Shown here: positions 21,596 to 33,500 of the stretch, in pieces | How the letters are laid out: each line of letters starts with the position of its first letter | How positions within the stretch are numbered: the stretch's first letter is position 1 | DNA from: Macrostomum lignano | Lineage: Eukaryota | Assembly (NCBI GenBank): GCA_002269645.1 | Contig: NIVC01000034.1 | Location: 284,883-348,882, forward strand | Direction: 5' to 3' | DNA length: 64,000 nucleotides | Made by a program: the position numbers and the translations under genes | Notes under the pieces: model-generated | What the model was told of the DNA's origin: nothing | Seen by the model: only the letters and a program-made list of their open reading frames with translations | The model's database searches: none

Positions 21596-24500
21596 ATGTC
21601 TAGTGAAGATGCCTCATTTGAACAGTAAGTTCAACTGCTTATTCTGTTGTTTTGGTATTTAGAACAAAAACTTTATCAGAGTAATTATAAACTGATTTTA
21701 AATTATTAAAAAAACAGAAATCCACTCCGAGAGCTGCTGTCTCTGCTTGAAACGTCGCTGCCTCTGCCAGTCACAGCAGCACCAGCAGCTCAGCAGCAGC
21801 AATTAGAGAAGCAGCAACAAAGTCTTCGGGATCAGCGCAGGTCAAGCCAATCAGCCAAGCCAGTCCCAGACAGCCCCTGGCCCTTGGCCAGCCCTAGGGC
21901 CAGCGCCCACGATCAGCAAGAAGCCGAGCTGTGGCACCTGTTCTGTCAGTCGCATCGAAATGAACGCCGTTTTGGTGCATCAAATCACGGGGCCAACAAA
22001 CTGCTGGATTTGCTGTTGGCCAGGAGAGTCAAATCGGATTTGTGGATGTCCAGCGCACAGCCAGACACTTTGCTAGGCCTCCTAGGAGCTTTGAGAATTC
22101 TACTTCGCGATCGGTTTATGCAGCGTCGTTGCCTTGACGACGTTGAAGCTTTGGAATGCTTAGCCAGGGCATTGAAATTGGCCTCTGAAAGTTACCTTAT
22201 CCACGGCGACACACCGCACATGCTGGACATTGTCAGAGAATTGTGCAACGTCTTTCAAAAGCTGATCACTTGTTCTGTCGCATCTGGTTCTGGCAATTCC
22301 GGCAATAGTGCCAATTCTGGGAAAGATATTTTCCTCAAACTGCAGGTAGGTTAATGCTAATTTTATAGAGCATCAAAATTCGTTAGTGTGAATGAGTAAA
22401 TGAGTCAGTAATCCGTTAATTTTGTGTCAATTATAACTGTTCTGTGTCAAGAGACTGTAACACACCGTTAATGATGTGTCAAGAGACTGTAACACACCGT
22501 TAATGATGTGTCAGAGACTGTAACACACCGTTAATGATGTGTCAGAGACTGTAACACACCGTTAATGATGTGTCAAGAGACTGTAACACACTGTTAAATG
22601 ATGTGTCAGAGACTGTAACACACCGTTGAATGATGTGTCAAGAGACTGTAACACACTGTTAAATGATGTGTCAGAGACTGTAACACACCGTTAATGATGT
22701 GTCAGAGACTGTAACACACCGTTAATGATGTGTCAAGAGACTGTAACACACTGTTAAATGATGTGTCAGAGACTGTAACACACCGTTGAATGATGTGTCA
22801 AGAGACTGTAACACACTGTTAAATGATGTGTCAGAGACTGTAACACACTGTTAAATGATGTGTCAGAGACTGTAACACACCGTTGAATGATGTGTCAGAG
22901 ACTGCAACACACCGTTAAATGATGTGTCAGAGACTAACACACTGGTGAATGTGTCAGTGACTGTAACGCTCTGTTTAATGCTGTCAGAGACTGTAACACA
23001 CCGTTAAATTATGCATCAGAGACTGTAACACACCGTTAAATTATGCATCAGAGACTGTAACACACCGTTAAATTATGCATCAGAGACTGTAACACACCGT
23101 TAAATTATGCATCAGAGACTGTAACAAACTTTTAAATGATGTCAGGACGAATTAGCGATAAGTAAAATATATAGAAGAATCTGTTATTAAACAAAGACAT
23201 TTTCATTCACATTTTAAAAAAATCTGTCAAGGTCCATGTCTCCCTTGTGCACCTGCTATCGGCGAACGACTCTGCCACTCTCCAGTGCTCTCTGCACGCT
23301 CTGGCATCGTTAGCTCAACAGGAGTCGCCGCGTCAGCTGCTTCGGAGCTCCAGCAGCGGCGTCGGCGGCGTGAAGCCGGAGTCGCTCACGGAGCAGCTCC
23401 TGGCCATTGCTGAGCGCTACGATTCACAGTCGAAACGATTAGCAGCAAATCTGCTGCGTTTGCTTTTGTCAGACGCTTCAATTCGATCGGCAGTGTCTGA
23501 GCTAGACGGCATCGCTCTGCTGGTTAACCTAGCTGGATCTGAGGATGTTAAATTGGCTTGGAATGCTCTGTGGTGCCTCATACAACTGGCTGAAGATGCC
23601 GGGGTGAGGTGCGAAGTTCGAGCCCTAGGCGGAGTGCCGCTCATTCTAGCTCTGCTAGTGCCAAATGAAGACGATTCAGAAGATGGAGTTAGCGAGGATC
23701 AGGTAGGGTTCGGGGCCTTTAGGAGTGGGGATATTTTCATTTTTTGGGTGTAATCCTGTTCCCCAGCTTCCACCTTAGTACGTAAAGGTTAAAAATCCAG
23801 AGTCTTGACTCTAAGAATCCTAACCCATAATTTAAGAATCCCAATCCCTATTTTAAGAAATCGAATCTTTAATCTAAGTATACCATAATTCAAAGACTCC
23901 GAATCCCAAATCTGAGAATTTCAACCCTAATTCTAAGAATCCGAATCCCCAATCTGAGAATTCTAACCCTAATTCTAAGAATCCGAATCCCAAATCTGGG
24001 AATTCCAACCCTAATTCTTAGAATCCGAATCCCAAATCTGAGAATTCCAACCCCTAATTCTAAGAATCCGAATCCCCAATCTGAGAATTCCAACCCTAAT
24101 TCTAAGAATCCGAATCCCAAATCTGAGAATTCCAACCCCTAATTCTAAGAATCCAAATCCCCAATCTGAGAGTCAGGAATCTCGATCTCAGTTACTTTTC
24201 TTAGCTAAAATTTCAATTATTACTTAATGAATAAAGTCCCAGTAATTCATTTTCCCCAACAGGCTCAATTAACTCTAAACGTCCGTTCAGCAGCGTGCTG
24301 CGCCCTCACCGAGCTACTCATAGATGATAGAAACTCATTTTTAATCGCTCAAAACAACGGCGTTTATCTACTGGGTAGATTGCTACTCCCAGCTTCTTCT
24401 ATTGCTTCATCAAACTCATCGTCTTCATCAGCGGCTAGCGAAGGCAGCCAACGTATAGCTGAGGCGGTGAACACTTTGAGAAAGAATTCTTGTCGAGCTC

Positions 24501-27500
24501 TGCGATTTCTATTCAGCTTGGAGCGGAATAGGAGAGCGGTGAAGAAGCTGCTGCCTACGGGCCTGTTGGCTGCCTTCATTGATATTGGCCACTACAATAG
24601 GGATTTGAGCGCCTACGCTAGCGTTGTGGCCGCTATCGATCGGGTGAGGCTATTTCTGTGCCTATGTGTTTTTAGTAGGTCTTTTACTAGTTCGTGGGTT
24701 GGCCCTCGTGGCTGTGAATCGAACGACAACCTACCTTTGTTACCTACGCGTTTACCTACGCAGTTGTAGTTGTTCGCTACTAGGGGGTTGGTTGGCAAAC
24801 TTTCTTACCTGAAGGGCCCAGCTGGAACATGGAAAATCTAGCGCATGGCTGCGGGCGAGAGGAGAGGAGGGATTAGATGGAATAGAGGAGGAAGGAAGGA
24901 GAGAGCTGAGAAGAGACACAAACCTTGTGCTATTGCTATTGGGAAGTTTCAAAGCACCCAAGGGACGGATTCAAAGCTCTAGTGATATGCCTTATCTTGT
25001 TCGCTGGATGGATGCCTTATCAGTTTACCATTCTGACTACATCTATATCAAGCATTCAATGTCTCAAAACTTTGCATGCTCCACAACCGCCCCCCCCCCG
25101 CCTAGGACGAGGAGCTGGCTCAGGAGCTGCGCACGAATCTGGAGTCTGTCAATCAGAATCGCGAAGCCAACCAGCACATCAAAGACTACGCCGTGTTGGA
25201 GATTCTCGGCAGCGGAGCATTCGGTACAGTTTATAAAGTGCGCAAACAAGACACAATGTACGCTATAAAAGAGTTGAACACTGGCGGTCTCGGTCGCAAC
25301 GCCAACGAACGACAGAAGAATGTCGGTTACATTGTCAGCGAACTGACCATGGCCAAGGAGCATCTTAGACATCCTAATGTTGTTCGCTATTATAAAACTT
25401 TTGAAGAAAGTAAGTTGTCGTTTTCAACCTTTCTTTATCATACAAGTCTGGTAAAATTTATATAATAAATATAAATCTAATCTTGTTGTTTGTTTAAACT
25501 CTCTTACTAATACAATAATAATGCAACAAATTTTTACCTACGAGGAATCAGTACCTGTTGAGAAAATGTTACCGTGACAAGAATCACTCTAAAGAGTCAT
25601 TAAAAACAACTCACTAGTGACTCTAGCGAAGGGGCGACTCTTGTGACTTTTTAACGACTTAAACGACTGAACTCTAATGCGACGGTGAGACGACTGTTGA
25701 GTCACGAGCGCAACATGTTGAGTTGCAGAATCGTTAAAGTGTCGCAAAAAAGTCGTCCAAAGTTGTTGTGTTGGCGCTTAAATTTTTACTAACTCAAGTA
25801 GACTAAATCGAAAAGGACAGAAGCCTCTATCCAGCCCTCAGGTAGCTTTGAAACTTCACAATAGCAATCTAATCTAATATATCTAAAGTAGCAACCCCCC
25901 CTCCACCGGCCCTGTCTGTCTGTGGGTATGTAACAGGTTATCTCCCAAAAGGCTCAACCGATTTTCTCCGTTTCTTCGCCAAAAGATGTCAAATGTGCCC
26001 GGGACGGTACATGTAATTTTATTAAGCTCTAGCTCAATGCTAAGGGGATTAAATATTCGAAAAACTGTTTTAAATGGCCTTTTTAGTGTATTTTTTTTAT
26101 CAGCCTGCGCGCAGCGAGAAACTTCACAGCCAATTTTAATGATTGCGCCAGAGCCAACTGATAAGAAAATTCACTTTGCCCCACTGCCCAGATAATTACT
26201 CTATTCAACTTGCGTAACCAATTAAGGGGGGGGGGGTATAATAAAAATTCTGGATGCTTCCAATATACTAAAAATCAAAACTATGTACCTATAGGAACCT
26301 TCGCTTAACTTCACTCTACATGGTCGGAATTTCGTGGGGTTTTCTGCATTCGATGCGTATTGATGGTGCGCAGGTACACAAAATTTTGCTAAGAAATTGC
26401 TTCATTTTTTCGGGCTTAAATATTCGAAAAACTCAATTTTCTCCCTGTTTTTTAAAGTTCAAACAGTTATTTCCGATTGAGAAGAAGTCTGCCGGCCGAT
26501 GGAATTGTATTGCATCATAACTCAGTGCCAACTATAGCATTGGTTCTCCACACTCGCGTGGAGAGCTACAAGCGTTGAAAGGTTGCGCAACACATTTTAA
26601 TTGAGGGGCGGGTGTCGCTATTCAATTATTCATGGGCTGGCTTGGTTGTTAATTTCAATGCATCAACTTGCAGGCCTCTCACTGTAGCTGGCGCTGAATG
26701 TACGCCTTATGAATTTGAATGCTTTAAAGCAGGAATGTTCAATCATTGTTTGTGCTTCGAGTTTTTTACTTTCAGAAGAGAGCCTTGTATTGCTAGAAAG
26801 AGCTTGAAACGCTGAGTTCGGGAATAATTTCTTTGCTTAGATTCGAAAAATTAAAAGCACAGCATTAAAAAGAAGATTCCTTTGAATTTTACTTTATATA
26901 CTCATTGTACGCTCTCCAATATCGCAAACCCCTACTTTATCGCAATTCCACAATTCAAGCCAGCGCCATGAATTTAGATTTAGATTGCGTAACCATATTG
27001 GTGACTTTATTTGAAACTGATACAGACTGGCTGAGAAATTATGTCATAACTGCTTCCTGTGATTTACTCTGTGCGTGGAGTTTTGAAAGTGTTGAATTAT
27101 GTAAGTGCTACAATTTATGTTATCAAAGCATTGAGAGATAGCCTAGAGGTAAACAGACTGACCTGCTAATGCAGCGACGTGGGTTCGAATTTTTAAATTG
27201 TAGAAGTATTTTATTAAAAAAAATTAATTTTAAACTTTTTAGCGAAAGAAAACTAAAAAAACGTCAGGTAAATCAGGTAGAAGAGAAGCTACGAGTATTA
27301 TATTCAAAAAAAATTATTAAACTGAGATGCCAAGGCTAAGAGGGAATTGCTGAGATATCAAGACGTGAGGGGAATTGCTGAGATGTCAAGACTTACTGGG
27401 GGAATTACTGAGATATAAGGGCTTACTGAGAGAATTACTGAGATGCCAAGGCTTAAGAGTGAATTGCTGAGATGTCAAGGCTTGGAGGGAATTTCTGAGG

Positions 27501-30500
27501 TGTCAGGGCTTGGTGGGAATTGCTGAGATGTTAAGTCTTGGGGAGGAATTCTATGGATCGGGGAATCTTTGAACGAGAGATGCTTCTAATGGATATCTCG
27601 AGGAGATGAGGGGATTCTTTGGCCAAGAATTCTATTCATGGGCGGATTATTTGGATGGGAGTTTCTTTGGATTCCTTGAATGGGGGATTCTGTTGATGGG
27701 GATTATTTGGACGTAAAGTTTTTTGAACGGGTTTTTTTAGATGAGGGTATTATTTGGCCAATTATTCTTTTGATGGGAGAATCAATGGATAATGTGGATG
27801 GAGATTCTGTGGATGGGGATTATTTGGACGTGGATTATTTGCATGGGGATTTTTTGGAGGGAGATTCTTTAGTTAGGAATGGATGGGGATGGATAGGAGG
27901 ATTCTTTGGATAGGGATAAATAGGGGCATTTTTTCGATAGGGATGGATGGGGGATTCTTTGGATATGGATGGGTGGGGGGTTTCTTTGGATATGGATGGG
28001 AGGGGGATTCTTTGGATATAGATGGGTGGGGGGATTCTTTGGATATGGATGGGTGGGGGATTCTTTAGATATGGATGGGTGGGGATTCTTTGGATATGGA
28101 TGGGTGGGGGATTCTTTGGATATGGATGGGTGGGGATTCTTTCGATGGGGACTCTGTGAATGAGGGACTCTTTTAATAGGGATTCTTTTGAAGGGGATTC
28201 TTTGCATGTGAGATGTTATGGATGGGCAATGCATTGGATGGGAAATTCTTCAGATAGGAGAATTCCTTGAATGGGGAATTCTTTGGATCCGGGATTCTAT
28301 TGATAGGGGTTCTTTGGATGGGAGATTTTTTGATATGGATGGAGGTCGAGGATTTTTTGGATAGGGATGGATAGGGGGATTCTTCGGATCGGGGATTCTA
28401 TCGATGGGGGTTCTTTGGATGGGGATTCTCTGCATGTAAGATTCTATGGATGGGCAATTCTTCAGATAGGAGAATTCCTTGAATGGGGAATTCTTCGGAT
28501 CGGTGATTCTATCGATGGGAGGTTTTTTGGATGGCGGATTCTTTGCATGTGAGATTCTTTGCATCGTGGATTTTATGGGTGGTGTATTCTTTGGATGAGG
28601 GATTCTTTGTATGGGAGATTCAGTTGGGTGAAATTTTATTGCGTGGGAAAACTGTGGCTGGAGTTTGGACGGAAAGCCTCAACGGGAGTTGGAATTGGCT
28701 AGCTGAGGAAATTGCTTCATTAATCTTGCTGGGGGTACTTTCTATCAGGGGTTGCTTGCTATCGGAAGGACGCTTGCTCTTGGGGTATGCTTGCTCGGAA
28801 GAGAATTTTAAGATGTCAAGATTTACAAGGGGAATTATTGAGATACATGTATAAAATCTTACCTTGGGGAATTAATGACATGTGAAGGCTTAAGTGGGAC
28901 TTGCTGAGATGCCAAGGCTTGTGGGGGAATTGCTGAGGTGTGAAGGCTTAAAAAGGAATTGCTGAGGTCTTAAGTCTCGGGGAGGGGAATCGCTAAGATG
29001 TCAAGACTTACTGGAGGAATTACTGAGATATGAAGGCTTACTGGGAGAATTACTGAGATATCAAGGCTTGGGGAGGGGAATTACTGAGATGTCAAGGCTT
29101 TGGACGGGGAGAAATTGGTAACATGTCAAGGCTTGCGCCGGAATTGCTTAGATGTCAATGCTTGGGGAAAATTTCTGAGGTGTCGAGGCTTGGGGAAATT
29201 GCTGAGATGTTAAGTCTTGGGGGAATTCTATGGATTGATGATTCTTTGGATGAGGGATGCTTCTAATGGATAAATTTGAATAGGTGATTCATTGGGCAAT
29301 TTCTTTGGTGGGGCATTGTTTCGATTGAGGGTTTTTTGAATGGGGGATTCTTTAGATGAATGATTCTTTAGATGGGGGTTATTTGAACGGGGGTTCTTTA
29401 GATGAGGGGATTCTGGATTCTTTGGCCAATTATGCTTTTGATGGGGGATTATTTAAGGATGTGAATTATTTTGAGGGGGGATTTTTTGGAGAAGGAATTT
29501 TTTGGATATGGATGGTTAAGGTGATTATTTAGATAGGAATGGATGGGGAAATTCTTTGGATAGGGATGAATAGGAGGATTCTTGGGATAGGGATGGATGG
29601 GGGATTGTTTAGATAGGGATGGATGGGCGATTCTTTGGATAGGGATGGGTGGGGGGATTCTTTGGATAGAGGGTTTCTGTGGATGAGGGATTTCTTGAAT
29701 AAGGGATTCATTGGACGGGGAATTCTTCAGATGGGATGGGATGGGGATGGGACGGGAAGGATTGGTATTCTTTGCATGTGAGATTCTATGGATGGGCGAT
29801 TCATTAAATAGGGAATTCTACAGATAGAGGATTCCTTGAATGGGGAATTCTTCGGATCGGGGATTCTATCAATGGGATGGGATGGGGATGGGACGGGAAG
29901 GATTGGTATTCTTTGCATGTGAGATTCTATGGATGGGCGATTCATTAAATAGGGAATTCTACAGATAGAGGATTCCTTGAATGGGGAATTCTTCGGATCG
30001 GGGATTCTGTCGATGGGGGGTTCTTTGTATGGGATTCTTTGGATGAGGGTTTTTTGCACGTGAGATTATTTGCATCAGGGACTTTATGGATTAGAGATTC
30101 TTTGGATGGGGGGGGGGGTTCAGTTGGGTGAATTTCTTTTGCGTGGGAAAACTTTGGTAGGAGTTCGGACGGAAAGCCCCAACGGGGGTTGGAATTGGCT
30201 AGTAAACTCTAAACTTAATTCAATTATTTAATTTCCAGACGACAAACTTTACATCGTTATGGAACTCATTGAAGGCGCTTCCCTAATGGAATTCTTTGTA
30301 TCAATGCGCGAGAAAGGTCTGAAATTTGAGGAGGATCGAGTTTGGTTTATATTTGTACAGATTGTGCTGGCGCTGCGGTACCTGCATAAGGAGAAGGATA
30401 TTGTGCACAGGTGCGTTTAAATCGGCTGACTTTTTACAATGCTTCAATATTTGGCTGGGAATTATGTTCGATATATCACTGGTGCTAAAGCCCCTGGTGC

Positions 30501-33500
30501 TAAAGCCCCTGGTGCTAAAGCCCCTGGTGCTAAAGCCCCTGGTGCTAAAGCCCCTGGTGCTAAAGCCCCTGTTGCTAAAGCCCCTGGTGCTAAAGCCCCT
30601 GGTGCCAAAGTTCCTGGTGCTAAAGCCCCTGGTGCTAAAGCCCCTGGTGCCAAAGTTCCTGGTGCTAAAGCCCCTGTTGCTAAAGCCCCTGGTGCTAAAG
30701 CCCCTGGTGCTAAAGCCCCTGGTGCCGAAGTTCCTGGTGCTAAAGCCCCTGGTGCCAAAGTTCCTGGTGCTAAAGCCCCTGGTGCCAAAGTTCCTGGTGC
30801 CGAAGTTCCTGGTGCTAAAGCCCCTGGTGCCAAAGTTCCTGGTGCTAAAGCCCCTGGTGCTAAAGCCCCTGGTGCCAAAGTTCCTGGTGCCAAAGTTCCT
30901 GGTGCTAAAGCCCCTGTTGCTAAAGCCCCTGGTGCCAAAGTTCCTGGTGCCAAAGTTCCTGGTGCTAAAGCCCCTGGTGCCGAAGCCAAAGCCCTGGTTC
31001 TGGCTACGACTTCGTCTGTAAACTACAATAATATTTAAATACTGCAGTAAAGAGATTCAAATTTATGCATTAACCATTGCAACCATTGCAGAGACTTGTC
31101 CCCGAATAACATCATGCTTGGCGAAGACGACCACGTCACTATCACAGACTTTGGCTTGGCCAAACAGAAACGCAAAGATTGCAGCAAAATGATTTCAGTT
31201 GTTGGCACAATGGTCTATGCCTGTCCCGAGATAGTCCAGAGTCAACCCTACGGAGAGAAGGCAGACATTTGGTCAATCGGATGCGTTCTGTACCACATGG
31301 CTGCTCTGAAAGCTCCCTTCGATTCGAGCAATATGCTCAACCTGGCAACTAGGATTGTTGAGGGTAGTTACGATCCGACTCCGTTGCAAAATCATTTTTC
31401 TAAACAGGTGAGTATGAGTTTTAGTTGGGGGAATTAGGAATCTGGGAATGAAGTCTTGGCTGGGGGAATTTGGAATCTGGGAATGAAGTATTGGTTGGGG
31501 GAATTAGGAATCTGGGAATGAAGTCTTGGTTGGGGAATTAGGAATCTGGGAATGAAGTTTTGGCTGGGGGAATTAGGAATCTGGGAATGAAGTCTTGGCT
31601 GGGGGAATTAGGAATCTGGGAATGAAGTCTTGGTTGGGGGGAATTAGGAATCTGGGAATGAAGTCTTGGCTGGGGGGGGAATTAGGAATCTGGGAATGAA
31701 CTCTTGGCTGGGGGAATTAGGAATCTGGGAATGAACTCTTGGCTGGGGGAATTAGGAATCTGGGAATGAAGTATTGGTTGGGGGAATTAGGAATCTGGGA
31801 ATGAAGTATTGGTTGGGGGGAATTAGGAATCTGGGAATGAACTCTTGGCTGGGGGAATTAGGAATCTGGGAATGAAGTTTTGGCTGGGGGAATTAGGAAT
31901 CTGGGAATGAAGTATTGGTTGGGGGAATTAGGAATCTGGGAATGAAGTATTGGTTGGGGGGAATTAGGAATCTGGGAATGAACTCTTGGCAGGGGGAATT
32001 AGGAATCTGGGAATGAAGTTTTGGCTGGGGGAATTAGGAATCTGGGAATGAAATCTTGGTTGGGGGAATTAGGAATCTGGGAATGAAGTCTTGGCTGGGG
32101 GAATTAGGAATCTGGGAATTAAGTCTTGGTTGGGGGAATTAGGAAGCTGGGAATGGAGTCTTGGCTGGGGGAATTAGGAATCTGGGAATGAAGTCTTGGC
32201 TGGGGGAATTAGGAATCTGGGAATGGAGTCTTGGTTGGGGGGAATTAAGAATCTGGGAATGAAGTCTTGGCTGGGGGGAATTAGGAATCTGGGAATAAAG
32301 TTTTGGCTGGGGGGGGGGGGGAATTAAGAATCTGGTAATAAAGTCTTGGCTGCGGGGAATTAAGAATCTGGGAATGAAGTTTTGGTTGATGGAATTAAGA
32401 ATCTGTGAATGCGTGAAGTTATGTCTTGGGACAAGAACTTCTAACTGCACACACTACGCAGTAGCACCTTCTATCTTCAGCTCTTAGACGTGGTGGCTGC
32501 CTGTCTCACGGTGGATTCGGAACGCCGGCCGGACATTGTTGGCGTGGCGTCTCTCATGGCCGAGCGAGTGCTGCGCCACCTGGACCTGGTGCAGGCGCAG
32601 AAGGCCGCCGCGGATCGCCGGCTGCATCGGGAGAAACGACGAAATCGTCGACGACTGCTGCTGTTGGATGACAGCGGCGGCGGAGGCGGGGGCGGCGGTG
32701 GCGCTGCGGCGGGAGCGGGCACCGAGGCAGCCGACCATGGCGCCGGCGGCAGCACCGGCAGCGCGTCGAGAATGCCTGCCAGCGCCTCGCCAACTGTTGT
32801 CGCTTCTCCGACAACGGCGCCGTCGTCCGCTTCGGCCTCAGCAGCGTCAGCCGATTTGCCGCCGCGGCCGCGCGCCGGAACCTCAACATCGTCGGCTGCT
32901 GCATCGGCGCTGCCACCTCCAGCGGCGTCGTCTGCTTCCGGTGGGGGCGGCGGCGGCAGTCGGCCAAGCAGCAGCGGCGCCCTGACGATCAGCCAGCGCC
33001 GGGTTCGACAGATTTCCGATCCCATCTTGCCGATGTTGGCTGCGCTGCACAAGCTGGCGCATCTGGCCCGCTTGCCGCCTGGCGTTGTCGGCGGCAGCGG
33101 CAGCGGCCTGGGTGACAGCAGGCGCCGTCTGTTGGACAAGTACTGCGGTGCACTGTTCTCCGCCGGAGTGTCGCCTGTTGAAGTTAAAGAAGAGGTGAGT
33201 TGCTCAAGAGCGTGGGTTACAGGAGAGTGGGTATTGAGAACGAAAGAAATTTAGATAGTTTTAGAGAATACTGAGAAACGTAGATAGTCATTGTGTGTGA
33301 GACAGGTAGATAATCATTGTGGAGTAGATGTGGTTTTCTCGGGGTGGCCTGGTAGGTCTTTGAATCCCACCGCTGCCACCAGTGAAGTACTTATGGTTGT
33401 CTCGCTGTCCCGCTCAGTGACTCGGGCTCTCCGTCTTCTCACTCGTAGTAGCGTAGGTAGTGCTGCCACCAGTTCCTTCAGGTCTCGCGGTGAGGTGAGC

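Noticed and set aside
27680-30059. Gly/Trp- or Pro/Ile-rich ORFs
   Set aside because: Products of G-rich repeats inside NEK10 intron 5.
30326-31038. KPLVL / AKAPG repeat proteins (also 48878-49497)
   Set aside because: A 15-bp stop-free minisatellite open in several frames on both strands, within GT-AG introns.
32477-33139. Antisense 220-aa ORF and other overlapping ORFs
   Set aside because: Shadows of NEK10 exon 8.
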